DNA of 64,000 nt, taken from an uncultured cyanobacterium. Its GTDB lineage: Bacteria > Cyanobacteriota > Cyanobacteriia > Cyanobacteriales > CAWCAG01. Shown in pieces: positions 20,765 to 31,950 of this stretch. A program made the position numbers and the translations under genes. Each line of letters begins with the position of its first letter. The stretch's first letter is position 1. A model generated the notes under the pieces. The model was not told the origin of the DNA, searched no databases, and saw only the letters and a program-made list of their open reading frames with translations. The DNA lies in the NCBI GenBank assembly GCA_963803805.1, contig CAWDOD010000005.1:1-64000 (forward strand), written 5' to 3'.

Positions 20765-20785
20765 CTTATGACGATTGCAAATATT

Positions 20786-20813
20786 GTAGAGGCAATCTGC
20801 TCCTCGCCCCTAC
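20786..20813. repeat. GTAG-type REP-like palindrome
   Basis: GTAGAGGC...GCCCCTAC between ndhB and the J-domain gene. Confidence 0.55.
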
Positions 20814-20830
20814 AAAGGATAATGCAAAAG

Positions 20831-22384
20831 TTAATCTTTTACCGAAGAAACTGTATAGCTGGGGGGTTCTACTTTAACTAAAGTAGACTTCAACATCGGA
20901 GTGCTAGCTACAGAATCATTGGCTAAAGAAAAGAGGGGATTAGAAAGAATTCCTGCCAAGCTAGTAGCGACTAAACTTAGAACCAAACCAACTTGTAAAG
21001 GACGCATTCCCCGCAAGTTCCAACGTATGGGGGGGTAATTGCGTACCGAATCAGAAACTTCGTGGGGTTCTTTAACTACCATCATTTTAACTACTCGGAT
21101 GTAGTAGTAGATAGAAACGACGCTAGTTATTAAACCCAATAAAACTAAACCATAAAGTCCTGCTTGCCAACCAGCCCAAAACAAGTAAATTTTGCCAAAG
21201 AATCCTGCCATAGGAGGTATGCCTCCTAAAGAAAGTAGGCAAATACTTAAGCACAGAGTTAGTAAGGGATCTTTTTGATATAAACCAGCATACTCGCTGA
21301 TTTGATCTGTTCCTGTGCGCAGGGAGAAGAGAATGACGCAGGAAAAAGCCCCCAGGTTCATGAATAGGTAAATCAGCAGATAAAATACCATGCTGGCATA
21401 GCCAGATTCTGTACCAGCGATTAACCCAATCATCACAAAGCCAGCTTGGGCAATGGAGGAGTAAGCTAGCATCCGTTTCATGCTGCTTTGGGCTAAGGCG
21501 ACAACATTGCCTAATACCATGCTGAGGATGGCTAGGGCAGTGAAAATGAAGCGCCATTCATCGCTGACAACCACAAAAGCTGTGTCAAGTAAGCGAATGG
21601 CTAAGGCAAAACCAGCCGCTTTGGAACCGACAGATAAAAAAGCTACTACGGGAGTGGGTGAACCTTCGTAAACATCAGGAGTCCATTGGTGGAAGGGAAC
21701 AGCAGAAATTTTAAAGGCAATACCAGCAATGACAAAAACCAAAGAGACAGCAATACCTAAGTCATTAGCACTTCCAGCTACTAGACTTTGGGAAATAGCT
21801 GATAAGTTTGTTTGTCCTCCTGATAAACCATAAAGGAAGGAAAGCCCATAAAGAAAAATTGCTGAACTAGAAGCACCAATTAATAAGTATTTCAGGGCTG
21901 CTTCATTAGAACGAGAGTCTCGCTTCATATAACCTGTCATTAGGTAAGAAGAGATACTCAAAGTTTCTAAAGCCACAAAAATCGTTACTAACTCATTAGC
22001 CCCAGAAAGGAACATTCCTCCTAAAGTCGCAGCAAGCATAATAGCAATAAATTCTGCCAAGGAAGAACCTGCTTGTTCCACATAGCGGATTGACATCAAG
22101 ATGGTTACAGCCGTTGACAGGGCAATGATGCCACGAAAGACAATACTCAGGTTGTCACTATTGAAACTGCCAAGGAAGCCGATGGGGTTGGGGTTATTCC
22201 ATTGATAATACAGGGCTACTTCTGAGAGCAATAACCCGGTGATCGCTACATAGGGTAACCAACGGCCATAACGTCTTCCCAGAATTAAGTCTCCCACCAA
22301 AACCACCATCAAGGTGATAATTACCAGCCCTTCTGGCCAAATTGTTCCAGCGTTTAGCTGTGCAGCAATACTAGCAAAATCCAT
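20831..22384 (-). CDS. ndhB: NAD(P)H-quinone oxidoreductase subunit 2 (NdhB)
   Basis: [32 protein letters not shown] and KRMLAYSSI motifs. Confidence 0.97.
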   Translation of the reverse strand: MDFASIAAQLNAGTIWPEGLVIITLMVVLVGDLILGRRYGRWLPYVAITGLLLSEVALYYQWNNPNPIGFLGSFNSDNLSIVFRGIIALSTAVTILMSIRYVEQAGSSLAEFIAIMLAATLGGMFLSGANELVTIFVALETLSISSYLMTGYMKRDSRSNEAALKYLLIGASSSAIFLYGLSFLYGLSGGQTNLSAISQSLVAGSANDLGIAVSLVFVIAGIAFKISAVPFHQWTPDVYEGSPTPVVAFLSVGSKAAGFALAIRLLDTAFVVVSDEWRFIFTALAILSMVLGNVVALAQSSMKRMLAYSSIAQAGFVMIGLIAGTESGYASMVFYLLIYLFMNLGAFSCVILFSLRTGTDQISEYAGLYQKDPLLTLCLSICLLSLGGIPPMAGFFGKIYLFWAGWQAGLYGLVLLGLITSVVSIYYYIRVVKMMVVKEPHEVSDSVRNYPPIRWNLRGMRPLQVGLVLSLVATSLAGILSNPLFSLANDSVASTPMLKSTLVKVEPPSYTVSSVKD

Positions 22385-22876
22385 AAAAGTTTAGGCAAAT
22401 TGAGATATTTCTAGAGCCTCAGTCCAGTCCTGTCAAAAAGGTGGCTGTAACTGACTCTTCAAGAAGCTTTACAAGGCAATTGTACCTTGTTGGGGGAGAG
22501 GAGGTGAGTTAATCAAGGGGGGAAAGGTATTATTCATTTTCTGATCTTGAGGAAATATTTCTTTGTGTTAACAGCACCAACCAAGACAAATATTCGCTAT
22601 GTTGGTTTAGAGATGGAATTAAGCTCAAGGGTTCCCTAGCATTTTCGAGTTGCTAGCCGAACAGCTACTGAGCGCTTTTTTCTGTCGGTAATAAATAACG
22701 AAAAAGTTAAGCATTAGCTACTGAAACTCAGGGGATATCACCAGCTTTCTCCCCTCCTTAAAAAAAGAAACTTTGTTAACCAACAGTTAGTAGAGTAACT
22801 TTGGTAGAGAAGAGCTAATTCTTTTGTACTTAGTTACGAACCCCTCTTTATTCCCATAAGTGACCCTGACAAATCT

Positions 22877-25501
22877 ATGTCAACCCTAGTCATTGTCGAA
22901 TCTCCGACTAAAGCCCGTACTATTCGCAATTTTCTTCCCTCAGATTACCGCGTCGAAGCCTCTATGGGTCATGTACGTGACCTCCCTTCATCGGCAGATG
23001 AAATTCCTGCGACTTATAAGGGTAAAGATTGGGCGCAGTTGGGAGTTAATGTTGAGGATAATTTTGCGGCCCTTTATGTAATCCCGAAGAAGAAAAAGAA
23101 GGTTGTCAAAGAACTTAAAGAAGCTCTCAAGGAAGCCGATGAACTAGTTTTAGCTACTGATGAAGATCGCGAAGGAGAAAGCATTAGTTGGCATTTACTC
23201 CAGCTTTTGAAGCCGAAAGTACCTACCAAGCGCATGGTATTCCACGAAATTACCTCTGAAGCAATTCAAAGTGCCTTGAAGAATCGCCGCGATATTGATG
23301 ATAATTTGGTTAAAGCCCAAGAAACTCGGCGCATTCTCGACCGCTTAGTTGGTTATACCCTTTCTCCTTTGCTCTGGAAGAAAATTGCTTGGGGACTATC
23401 AGCAGGGAGGGTACAATCTGTAGCAGTCAGGTTGTTGGTGGAAAGAGAAAGACAACGCCGGGCTTTTCGTCAGGGGGGTTACTGGGATCTCAAAGCGACT
23501 TTGGAGCAAAAGAAAAGTCCTTTTGAAGCGAAGTTAGTTACCTTGGCTGGGGAGAAGTTAGCGACAGGTAGCGATTTTGATGCTAGTACAGGTAAAATTT
23601 CTAAGGGGAAGAAGGTTGTTCTGCTCAATGAAGAAGAAGCAGAAGCTTTAAAGGAACGTTTAAAAGGGAAAACCTGGACAGTTGCTAAAATTGAAGAAAA
23701 ACCCACTACCCGTAAACCTGCTCCCCCCTTCACCACTTCCACCTTGCAACAGGAAAGTAACCGGAAGTTAGGGATTTCTGCTAAGGATACGATGCGCACC
23801 GCCCAGAATCTGTATGAACAGGGTTACATTACCTACATGAGGACGGATTCGGTTCATCTTTCTCAGCAAGCGATCGCGGCTGCTAGGTCTTGTGTGGAAC
23901 AAAAATACGGTAAGGAGTATTTAAGTAAGACACCTCGACAATATAAAACTAAAAGCAAAGGGGCCCAAGAAGCACACGAAGCAATTCGCCCAGCCGGAAA
24001 GTCTTTCCGAACTCCCCAAGAAACAGGTTTGTCAGGGCGAGAATTTAAGCTTTATGATTTAATTTGGAAGCGTACCGTAGCTAGCCAAATGGCGGAAGCG
24101 AAGTTAACTCAAATTGCTGTACAACTTGAGGTGGAAGATGCGGGATTCCGGTCTTCTGGTAAACGTATTGATTTCCCCGGCTTCTTCCGTGCCTATGTAG
24201 AAGGTTCCGATGATCCTGAAGCAGCTTTGGATAACCAAGAAGTAGTTCTACCGGCTTTAAAACAAGGGGATAATCCTAACTGCAAAAAACTGGAAACCGT
24301 TGGCCATGAAACCCAGCCTCCCGCTAGATATACTGAAGCATCCTTAGTCAAGACCTTAGAAAAAGAAGGCATCGGCCGTCCCAGTACCTACGCGACGATT
24401 ATTAGTACAATTATCGACCGTGGCTATGCCCAAATGCGGGATAAGGCATTGATCCCTACCTTTACTGCCTTTGCTGTATCTAGCTTGTTGGAAAATTATT
24501 TCCCTGACTTAGTAGACACTCGCTTCACTTCTAAAATGGAGCAAAGCTTGGATGAAATTGCTTCTGGAGAAGTACAATGGTTACCTTACCTAACCAAGTT
24601 CTACTTAGGAGCAGAGGGGTTAGGAACCCAGGTTAAGGATAAAGCTAGCGCTATTGAGCCTAGTGAAGCTAAGGCTGTGGCTTTAGAAAATCTGGATGCT
24701 AAAGTTAAGATTGGTAAGTTTGGTCCTTATTTGGAAGTAGAAAATGGTGATGGAGTTGTTACGGCTTCTATTCCTGAAGATTTAACCCCCGCCGACCTTA
24801 ACCCAGAACAAGTTGAAATCTTACTGAAGCAAAAAACCGAAGGGCCAGAAAAGCTGGGGATGCACCCAGAATCTGGAGAAGCAATTTATATTTTAATCGG
24901 TAGCTACGGCCCCTATGTGCAGTTAGGAGAGGTTACAGAGGAGAATAAAAAACCTAAACGGGCTTCTTTACCTAAAGGTATGAAAATTGAAGACCTCACC
25001 CTAGATAATGCTGTGGGCTTACTCTCCTTGCCTCGTGTTTTAGGAGTTCATCCTGCCACAGAAGCGAAAATTAAGGCGAGTTTAGGAAGATTTGGCCCCT
25101 ATGTCGTCCACGATCAGGGTAAGGAAGGGAAGGATTATCGTTCTTTGAAAAAAGAAGATGATATCTTAACCATCACCTTAGAAAGGGCTTTGGAATTATT
25201 AGCCCAACCCAAAGGCAAGGGAAGAAGTCGCGGCTCAAGTAAAAAACCCCTGCGGGAGTTGGGTTCTCATCCAGAAGATAAGGAACCAGTTAATGTTTAT
25301 GATGGCCCTTATGGCCCTTATGTTAAACATGGCAAGGTTAATGCTAGTATCCCCGAAGGAGAAAAAGCCGAAAGTATTACTTTAGAAAAGGCTATTGATT
25401 TACTTTCTCAGAAGGCAACGACGAAGAAGACGACGACTCGTAAGAGTAAGGCTAAGAAAACGACTGCTAAGAAGACTACTACGAAGAAAAAAGCTAAATA
25501 A
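22877..25501 (+). CDS. topA: DNA topoisomerase I
   Basis: [33 protein letters not shown], catalytic [11 protein letters not shown]-terminal repeats and Lys-rich tail. Confidence 0.98.
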   Translation: MSTLVIVESPTKARTIRNFLPSDYRVEASMGHVRDLPSSADEIPATYKGKDWAQLGVNVEDNFAALYVIPKKKKKVVKELKEALKEADELVLATDEDREGESISWHLLQLLKPKVPTKRMVFHEITSEAIQSALKNRRDIDDNLVKAQETRRILDRLVGYTLSPLLWKKIAWGLSAGRVQSVAVRLLVERERQRRAFRQGGYWDLKATLEQKKSPFEAKLVTLAGEKLATGSDFDASTGKISKGKKVVLLNEEEAEALKERLKGKTWTVAKIEEKPTTRKPAPPFTTSTLQQESNRKLGISAKDTMRTAQNLYEQGYITYMRTDSVHLSQQAIAAARSCVEQKYGKEYLSKTPRQYKTKSKGAQEAHEAIRPAGKSFRTPQETGLSGREFKLYDLIWKRTVASQMAEAKLTQIAVQLEVEDAGFRSSGKRIDFPGFFRAYVEGSDDPEAALDNQEVVLPALKQGDNPNCKKLETVGHETQPPARYTEASLVKTLEKEGIGRPSTYATIISTIIDRGYAQMRDKALIPTFTAFAVSSLLENYFPDLVDTRFTSKMEQSLDEIASGEVQWLPYLTKFYLGAEGLGTQVKDKASAIEPSEAKAVALENLDAKVKIGKFGPYLEVENGDGVVTASIPEDLTPADLNPEQVEILLKQKTEGPEKLGMHPESGEAIYILIGSYGPYVQLGEVTEENKKPKRASLPKGMKIEDLTLDNAVGLLSLPRVLGVHPATEAKIKASLGRFGPYVVHDQGKEGKDYRSLKKEDDILTITLERALELLAQPKGKGRSRGSSKKPLRELGSHPEDKEPVNVYDGPYGPYVKHGKVNASIPEGEKAESITLEKAIDLLSQKATTKKTTTRKSKAKKTTAKKTTTKKKAK

Positions 25502-25838
25502 GTTTCTGGTTTGGGATGGAATAAAAAATTGCTTCAGCGCTGTTAGTGTTTGTTTCAGCTAAAAGTGTTTTATGTCAGATTCCGGTTATTTTCCTATTAT
25601 TTGAACTTTCTAAAAAAATGCTATACTAAGAGATGCAGAGTTCAAACATGAAATTTTGGTAATTTTGCTGCTTGCAGGAATTTTGAGTAAGAAAAAACAA
25701 GCGCGATCGCATACTATACAAAAACTCCAGAATTTAGAAATGACAAATGTTTTCGGAGAGTTACCAAAGAGAGATATTTGAACTTCCTGGACAGCTAAAA
25801 TTAAAAAACGAAGTCACTGCTTGTAGGACTCAGCAAAA

Positions 25839-27212
25839 ATGAGAATCAAACAAATTTCTGTCAATGGCTTGTTTGGCATTTTTGATCACGTTATCCCTTT
25901 GAAGCATGATGAAAATGAAAGAATTACGATTATTCATGGACCAAATGGCTTTGGTAAAACAGCGATATTGAGACTTCTAAATGGCTTCTTTAATTCTCAA
26001 TATTCAGAACTAAAAAAGATTCCATTTGAAGAGTTCAAGATTGAATTAGACAACAATGAAATCATAGAAATTGCCAAAAATTCAAATAAGGCAAATAAGA
26101 AAGAAAAAATAGAGATAAACTTCTATCTCCATAAACCAGGCTCAGAGAAGGTTTCTTTTCCTTTGAAGCGAATAAAGTTTTCTCCGAGTGAGCTTGGCTT
26201 TCCTGTTAGTATTTTAGATGAATTAATACCAGATTTAGAACAAATTGGTAGCCAAAAATGGCTTTATCTTCCTACGCAGCAAAGATTATCCTTAGAAGAG
26301 GTAATTGAACAATTTGGAGATTCTTTACCAAAAAGATTTCGTTCATCTTATTCAAGAGGGACTGAACCCCAGTGGTTAGCGGACATAAAGAATTCTATTA
26401 ATATTCGTTTAATTGAATCACAGCGTTTACTAAACTTGGTTCCTAACAATTCCTCCGTAATATATCGTAGACCTCCTTCAATATTATCGACTGTTTCTGC
26501 CTACTCTGATGAACTTGCTACACTCATGCAAGATAAATTCAAAGAATATGGTACAACATCCCAATCCCTTGATAGAACTTTTCCTTTAAGGGTAGTGAAA
26601 CAGCAACGGTCAGTAGACTTAACAGATGAAGAACTTCGTCAACAATTAAATGAATTGGAGTTAAATCGTTCTCGTCTCATCGAAGTAGGACTTTTAGATA
26701 AAGAAGAAGAAGCAGAGTTCCAAATTCAACCTCAAGATATAGATGAAAGTACTAAAAATGCTTTATCTGTATATGTTCAAGATGTAGAGAAAAAGCTAAA
26801 TGTATTTGCTGAAACTGCGAAGAAAATAGATTTACTAAGAAAAGTTATAAACAAGAAATTTGCTTACTCTTATAAAGAAATAAGTTTTAGCAAAGATAAG
26901 GGATTTATATTCACAACACTCTATAAAAATTTATCCACTGACACAAAACAACTTTTACCAACTGATCTTTCGTCTGGTGAACAGCATGAATTAGTTCTTT
27001 TATATGAATTGTTGTTCAAAGTTCAATCTAACTCATTAGTAATGATTGATGAACCTGAACTTTCTCTTCATGTAGGATGGCAGACTCAGTTTCTAGAGGA
27101 TTTAAAAGAGATTACCCAGCTTGCAGACTTAGATATTTTAATGGCTACCCACTCACCAGATATTATTCAAGACCGTTGGGACTTAACGGTTGAACTGAAA
27201 AGGCCAGAATAG
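25839..27212 (+). CDS. ABC/AAA_15-AAA_21-type ATPase (AriA-like)
   Basis: Walker A GPNGFGKT, signature LSSGEQ, Walker B/D-loop VMIDEPELSLH, H-loop ATHSP; long helical insert and no TM partner. Confidence 0.85.
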   Translation: MRIKQISVNGLFGIFDHVIPLKHDENERITIIHGPNGFGKTAILRLLNGFFNSQYSELKKIPFEEFKIELDNNEIIEIAKNSNKANKKEKIEINFYLHKPGSEKVSFPLKRIKFSPSELGFPVSILDELIPDLEQIGSQKWLYLPTQQRLSLEEVIEQFGDSLPKRFRSSYSRGTEPQWLADIKNSINIRLIESQRLLNLVPNNSSVIYRRPPSILSTVSAYSDELATLMQDKFKEYGTTSQSLDRTFPLRVVKQQRSVDLTDEELRQQLNELELNRSRLIEVGLLDKEEEAEFQIQPQDIDESTKNALSVYVQDVEKKLNVFAETAKKIDLLRKVINKKFAYSYKEISFSKDKGFIFTTLYKNLSTDTKQLLPTDLSSGEQHELVLLYELLFKVQSNSLVMIDEPELSLHVGWQTQFLEDLKEITQLADLDILMATHSPDIIQDRWDLTVELKRPE

Positions 27213-28084
27213 TGAGGGATTTGCTTACAGTTGAACGTGTTGCTAATCAAATCCGCTTAAGGCGAAGCATTTATCAAGGAACATTTTTATTAGTAGAAGG
27301 GCGTTCAGACAAAACATTTTATGAGCGTTTTGTTGATAGTTCAAGCTGTCAATTAGTAACTACTTCAGGGAAACCTTCTAGCAAATTACGTGCTATTTCT
27401 ATTTTGGAGATATTGGAGGAATCAAATTTTAAGGGAGTTCTAGCTATTGTTGATGCAGACTTTGATCATCTTTCTACTCAGCAATATCAAAACTCAAATT
27501 TGCTTTACACTGATACTCACGACCTTGAGACAATGATCATTAAATCGCCAGCCTTTGACAAAGTAATTGCTGAGTTTTGTTCAGAGGATAAAATATGCAA
27601 GTTCAACCAAGATATAAGAATAGTAATACTTGAAAGTAGTGTTTTGATCGGCTATTTGCTTTGGATTTCTCAGTGTGATAAACTCAATTTAACTTTCGAG
27701 GGGATTAGATTTAGTAGGTTTGTTGATAAGAAAACCTTGAAAATAGATGAGCTTAAATTGGTTCAAGAAGTTAAGAAGAAATCCCAAGCTTTTTCCTTGA
27801 AAGACGAAGACTTACAACAACGACTAATCCGTCAGAAAAGCAATGATTACGATCCTTGGCAAGTTTGTTGTGGCCATGACTTAGTTGAAATCCTATCTCT
27901 TGGTTTAAGAGAAACTATTGGTTCTAACAAAGCTAGTGATGTCAACCCTGTTAATCTGGAACGTAGCTTGCGGCTTGCTTATGAAGAAATTTACTTTCAG
28001 GAAACACAGCTTTACTCGCTCATTCGCATATGGGAGAGTAACAATGAGCCATTTAGAGTTTTACAAATGAGACAAAACTTATAA
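27212..28084 (+). CDS. DUF4435/TOPRIM-like protein (AriB-like)
   Basis: LLVEGRSD (TOPRIM Glu), IVDADFD (DxD), HDLE and GHD motifs; GTG start overlaps the ATPase stop. Confidence 0.8.
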   Translation: MRDLLTVERVANQIRLRRSIYQGTFLLVEGRSDKTFYERFVDSSSCQLVTTSGKPSSKLRAISILEILEESNFKGVLAIVDADFDHLSTQQYQNSNLLYTDTHDLETMIIKSPAFDKVIAEFCSEDKICKFNQDIRIVILESSVLIGYLLWISQCDKLNLTFEGIRFSRFVDKKTLKIDELKLVQEVKKKSQAFSLKDEDLQQRLIRQKSNDYDPWQVCCGHDLVEILSLGLRETIGSNKASDVNPVNLERSLRLAYEEIYFQETQLYSLIRIWESNNEPFRVLQMRQNL

Positions 28085-28096
28085 TCGGGCATAGTA

Positions 28097-30673
28097 TCAT
28101 TTAGTTGTCATTGTATGTACACCATCCCAATCTTTTGTGGGAGGTTGATTAAGATAGTTGTGGGTTCTTTCTAAATGAATTTGTAGAGCTTGATCTTGAG
28201 GATTGAGTTTGTGTGCTTGTTTAAATAAAGACAATGCTCCTGAAAAATCAGAGTTTAGATAAGCACTACGCCCTTGGCTATAAAGATGTAAAAACTCTTC
28301 TAACTTTGGACTAAGTGCTTCTTCTTTTGTACCAATCAACTCATAAATATTGACTGCTTTATTTTTGCCTTTAACGCGAATTTTATCAATTTCCCTTGCA
28401 GTTATGTGATCGCGACATAATTCATAGGTAGACTCGCTCAAAATGATATCGCAACCATATTTTTTGGTTAAACTTTCTAAGCGAGAACTTAAATTTACTC
28501 CGTCACCAATTACAGTGTAGTCCATACGCTTTTTCGAGCCAATATTACCAGAAACAACTTCCCCAGAACTAATACCAATGCCAAAATTGATGGGAACATC
28601 TACCCCTAAAATATTTTTTTTATTGAACTGGGCTAGGCGTTTACGCATATCCAAAGCAGATTGAACACACATCCAAGCATGGTTTTCTTTCATGGGTAAG
28701 GGTGCGCCGAAAACTGCCATTAAAGCATCACCAATAAATTTGTCTAATGTACCTTCAAAGTTGAAAACCGCTTCCACCATGGTTTCAAAGTATTGATTTA
28801 ACAGGGAGACAACTTCTGTGGCTTCGAGGTTTTCGGTTAAGGTGGTGTAGCCTCGGATATCGGAAAATAAGATGGTTACTTCTTTGCGATCCCCTACCAT
28901 CAAAGCATCATCCCTCAAAGCCATAACTTGTTCGGCTACCCCTGGGTGCATATAGCGATATAAGGTTGATTTGATGCGCTTTTCCCGACTAATATCCTCT
29001 AATACCACTAACCCCCCTCGCACCTCTCCTTGGGGGTTTGTTAAAGGATTAACGGTGAGGTTAACGCTACGTTCGATGGGTTGAACTTGTTTGGAGGATA
29101 GGTAAGGAATAGATTGGGTATCCCAAGGAGTTTCATTCCAAGGTAAGTAGACATCTGACATATTTGCTTGGGGAATGGCAAGAAGATGGGTATCTATTTC
29201 TCCTTCTCCTTTGGCTTCTTTACGACTAATGCACAAACCCACTTTTAAACTTTGTTCAGGAACATAGTGCTTAGCAGCAGCTTTTAAGCTATCGGTTAAG
29301 CGCGATCGCAGATTTTCTATAGGAACAATTTCCCAAACATAACGACCAGTTAATTTGTATTCCCATAACTGCCGTGTACTTTGGGTTTGTAGATGTTCTG
29401 TCGGATACCCTAATAGTTGCAAAGCTGCATCGTTGATGGTAACGATTTTTCCTTGTAAATCTGTAGAGATGACAGCATCAGAAAGGCTTTGCAGAATATC
29501 TTTTTGGTACTGTTGTTGAGTGAGGACATTTTCAAACAGTTTGGCATTTTCCAAAGCCATACCTGCTTGAATATTGAATGCCTGCATGAATTTTTCATCG
29601 GAACTAGTGAAGCTACCTTGTTCTTTATTAATTAGTTGCGTGACACCAATTAATTCCCCACCGGAGTTAAAAACTGGCATACACAGAATGTTGCGAGTAT
29701 AGTAACCAGTACGCTTATCGGTTGCAGGATCAAAGCGAGGATCTTTATAGGCATCAGGAATATTTAAAGGTTCTCCGGTAGAAGCTACATAGCCAGCAAT
29801 ACCTCTATTGCTAGGAATGCGAATTTCTACCATAGTTTTACCATCTGCTTTGGCTACTTTGCTCCAAAGTTCGTTAGTTTCTTTGCTTAATAAAAATAGG
29901 GTACTCCGATCAGCTTGCATTAAACGACGGGCTTGTTCCATTACTGATTGGAGAGTCGCTTCAAGATCAAGACTTTGACCTAAACAAGAAGTTGCTTGCA
30001 GTAATGCTGATGCTCCCCGTTGGTTTCTTGCTGCTAAGTAAAAAGATTGGCAAGTTTCTAAAATAATACCAATAGAAGAAGCTAATTCACAAAATCTCTG
30101 CTCGTCTTCTTCATTAAAAGGAGAACCGTTTTTCTTATTAAGTAACTGTACCACTGCAACAACATTATTGTCGCTGTTTGAAATTGGCATACATAGCAAA
30201 CTTTTGGTACGATAACCGGGGCGTTCGTCAATTTCTTGATTGAAAAGATGATGGCTATAAGCATCAACAAGATTGAGACTTTTTCCTGTAGCAGCAACTT
30301 GTCCAGCTATACCAACATTGAGGGGAATTCTGACTTCTTGGGTTTTCCCCATGTCGCTTTGAGTTACTTTTGACCAAAGTTGATTTTTATCATCATCAAC
30401 TAAAAAAATTGTTGTCCTATCTGCTTCTAATATTTGACCAATTTTGAGGGTAAAAGCATCCATGATTTCCTCTAGCATTGTTTCTAGGGCATCATGGTTG
30501 ATCATTTCAATGGCCCGGAGAAACTGCTGAAACTCCGCAGTTATGAAGTCCAGTAAGCAGACAAATTCACCAATAGAAAGGTCTTGAACTCGATCGGCTA
30601 AGGCATTGGTTCGATTTAGCTGAGTTAATTGGGTTAGGGTTGCTAAAATGCTACCGGAGTTAGAAAGACTCAT
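28097..30673 (-). CDS. Class III adenylate cyclase, GAF-GAF-PAS-CHD (CyaB1-like)
   Basis: Two GAF domains with NKFDE-type motifs, PAS, FSDIRGYT, DKFIGDALM and GDGVNLSSRLE. Confidence 0.92.
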   Translation of the reverse strand: MSLSNSGSILATLTQLTQLNRTNALADRVQDLSIGEFVCLLDFITAEFQQFLRAIEMINHDALETMLEEIMDAFTLKIGQILEADRTTIFLVDDDKNQLWSKVTQSDMGKTQEVRIPLNVGIAGQVAATGKSLNLVDAYSHHLFNQEIDERPGYRTKSLLCMPISNSDNNVVAVVQLLNKKNGSPFNEEDEQRFCELASSIGIILETCQSFYLAARNQRGASALLQATSCLGQSLDLEATLQSVMEQARRLMQADRSTLFLLSKETNELWSKVAKADGKTMVEIRIPSNRGIAGYVASTGEPLNIPDAYKDPRFDPATDKRTGYYTRNILCMPVFNSGGELIGVTQLINKEQGSFTSSDEKFMQAFNIQAGMALENAKLFENVLTQQQYQKDILQSLSDAVISTDLQGKIVTINDAALQLLGYPTEHLQTQSTRQLWEYKLTGRYVWEIVPIENLRSRLTDSLKAAAKHYVPEQSLKVGLCISRKEAKGEGEIDTHLLAIPQANMSDVYLPWNETPWDTQSIPYLSSKQVQPIERSVNLTVNPLTNPQGEVRGGLVVLEDISREKRIKSTLYRYMHPGVAEQVMALRDDALMVGDRKEVTILFSDIRGYTTLTENLEATEVVSLLNQYFETMVEAVFNFEGTLDKFIGDALMAVFGAPLPMKENHAWMCVQSALDMRKRLAQFNKKNILGVDVPINFGIGISSGEVVSGNIGSKKRMDYTVIGDGVNLSSRLESLTKKYGCDIILSESTYELCRDHITAREIDKIRVKGKNKAVNIYELIGTKEEALSPKLEEFLHLYSQGRSAYLNSDFSGALSLFKQAHKLNPQDQALQIHLERTHNYLNQPPTKDWDGVHTMTTK

Positions 30674-31269
30674 ATTGATGAATAAAAAGCTTGGTTGACA
30701 AAGTGAAAATCGAACAAAAAATTTCCAGCAATTAATCTAAGTCAGCAAAATGAGCCTAAAAGTATAAAAGGCTCAGTTGTTATAGCAATAGCCAAAACTA
30801 TCGGAGCATACTCACCCATTTACTCCCAAATCAAAGGTAATAAACTCTTCAATAATGAGTAAATTTACTTTTCTTTGAGAGGCATAAGCCCAGAAATGAG
30901 TGACTAGCGCTATTTTTGTTATAGCTTAATTGTTGGTGAATCCAAGACGGTTTAGTCTTTACCCTTTAGAAAGACTAACTTTTTTTCGGGTAGCAACCTG
31001 GTAAGACAAAAAAGAGAAAAAGCGTTGGTTTTAGGAGGTAGATACTAAAAATTGTTTGGAAATAATGGTGATAGATACCGAAGATGCCGTTTCTATAATG
31101 CCGAAAAAATTTTCGGTGCTTTGTTTGCTAACAAAGTAGCATTATCTCAATAATGTTGACAATTTACTCTATATTAACCCTGACTGTAAAAATGCTCAAT
31201 AAATTGTTGCAACTTTTCTCCTGTTGCTTCAAGTTGTACCAAATCTTTGTTTATTATTAACTAGAAATT

Positions 31270-31819
31270 GGTGCGTTACGGCGGATTAAGGGCTTTTTGA
31301 TTTGAGCCTATTTATGATAGCCGCCTAACACACCCACAGGATTGGTGGGTTACTTGTTCTTCTTGGTAGTATGGAGAACAGAGGCTTAACTCAGTAAAAT
31401 GAATGGAAACCTAATTGGTTATTCTGGTAGGGTGTGTTAGTGCTGCTAGTAATTTTGGCTAAAGTAGTAAAACTTAGTTCAGCACGTAACGCACCACAAA
31501 TTAACTAGCGAGGAATCGGTGCGTTACGGCGGGTAAGAGGCTTTTAGTTTTGCCCCATCTTTGTCTTCGCCTAAAACACCCTACGGGATTGGGGGGTTAC
31601 TTATTCTTCTTGACAGTTCTGCTAACATCTTTAGTGAACCATCGTATTTGTCAATATTCAGTTTGATGTTGCACAGGTTGTATTTCAAGTTGAATGAAGA
31701 AGAGAGAGATTTTGATTAAAACAGTGGCGTTGAGACTGCGATCGCGAAGTGTTACCAGAGGTTTATCGCTTATTACTTTGAAGTTAGGGGAAAGGAGTTA
31801 GGTGGGCGTTACCCACCTA
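31270..31819. repeat. Cluster of GTAG-family REP-like palindromic units in alternating orientation (BIME-like)
   Basis: Units at 31270-31337, 31427-31495 (inverted) and 31518-31584 share GGTGCGTTACG...CTAACACACCCTAC arms; a short TAGGTGGG...CCCACCTA palindrome lies at 31799-31819. Confidence 0.75.
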
Positions 31820-31950
31820 TTTAATAAGAGCATTCCTAGAAAAAATCTGATCCAGTAGCTAATAGCTAAAATCAGAAAATGTTGGATAAGCTGATGTGCA
31901 TTTAAACTGTGTATTACTCAACTAGGAAATAAGCCCTAAAACCCTCCCCC

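Noticed and set aside
31270..31612. Repeat cluster as a CRISPR array
   Set aside because: Units alternate in orientation, are degenerate and irregularly spaced; this fits REP/BIME
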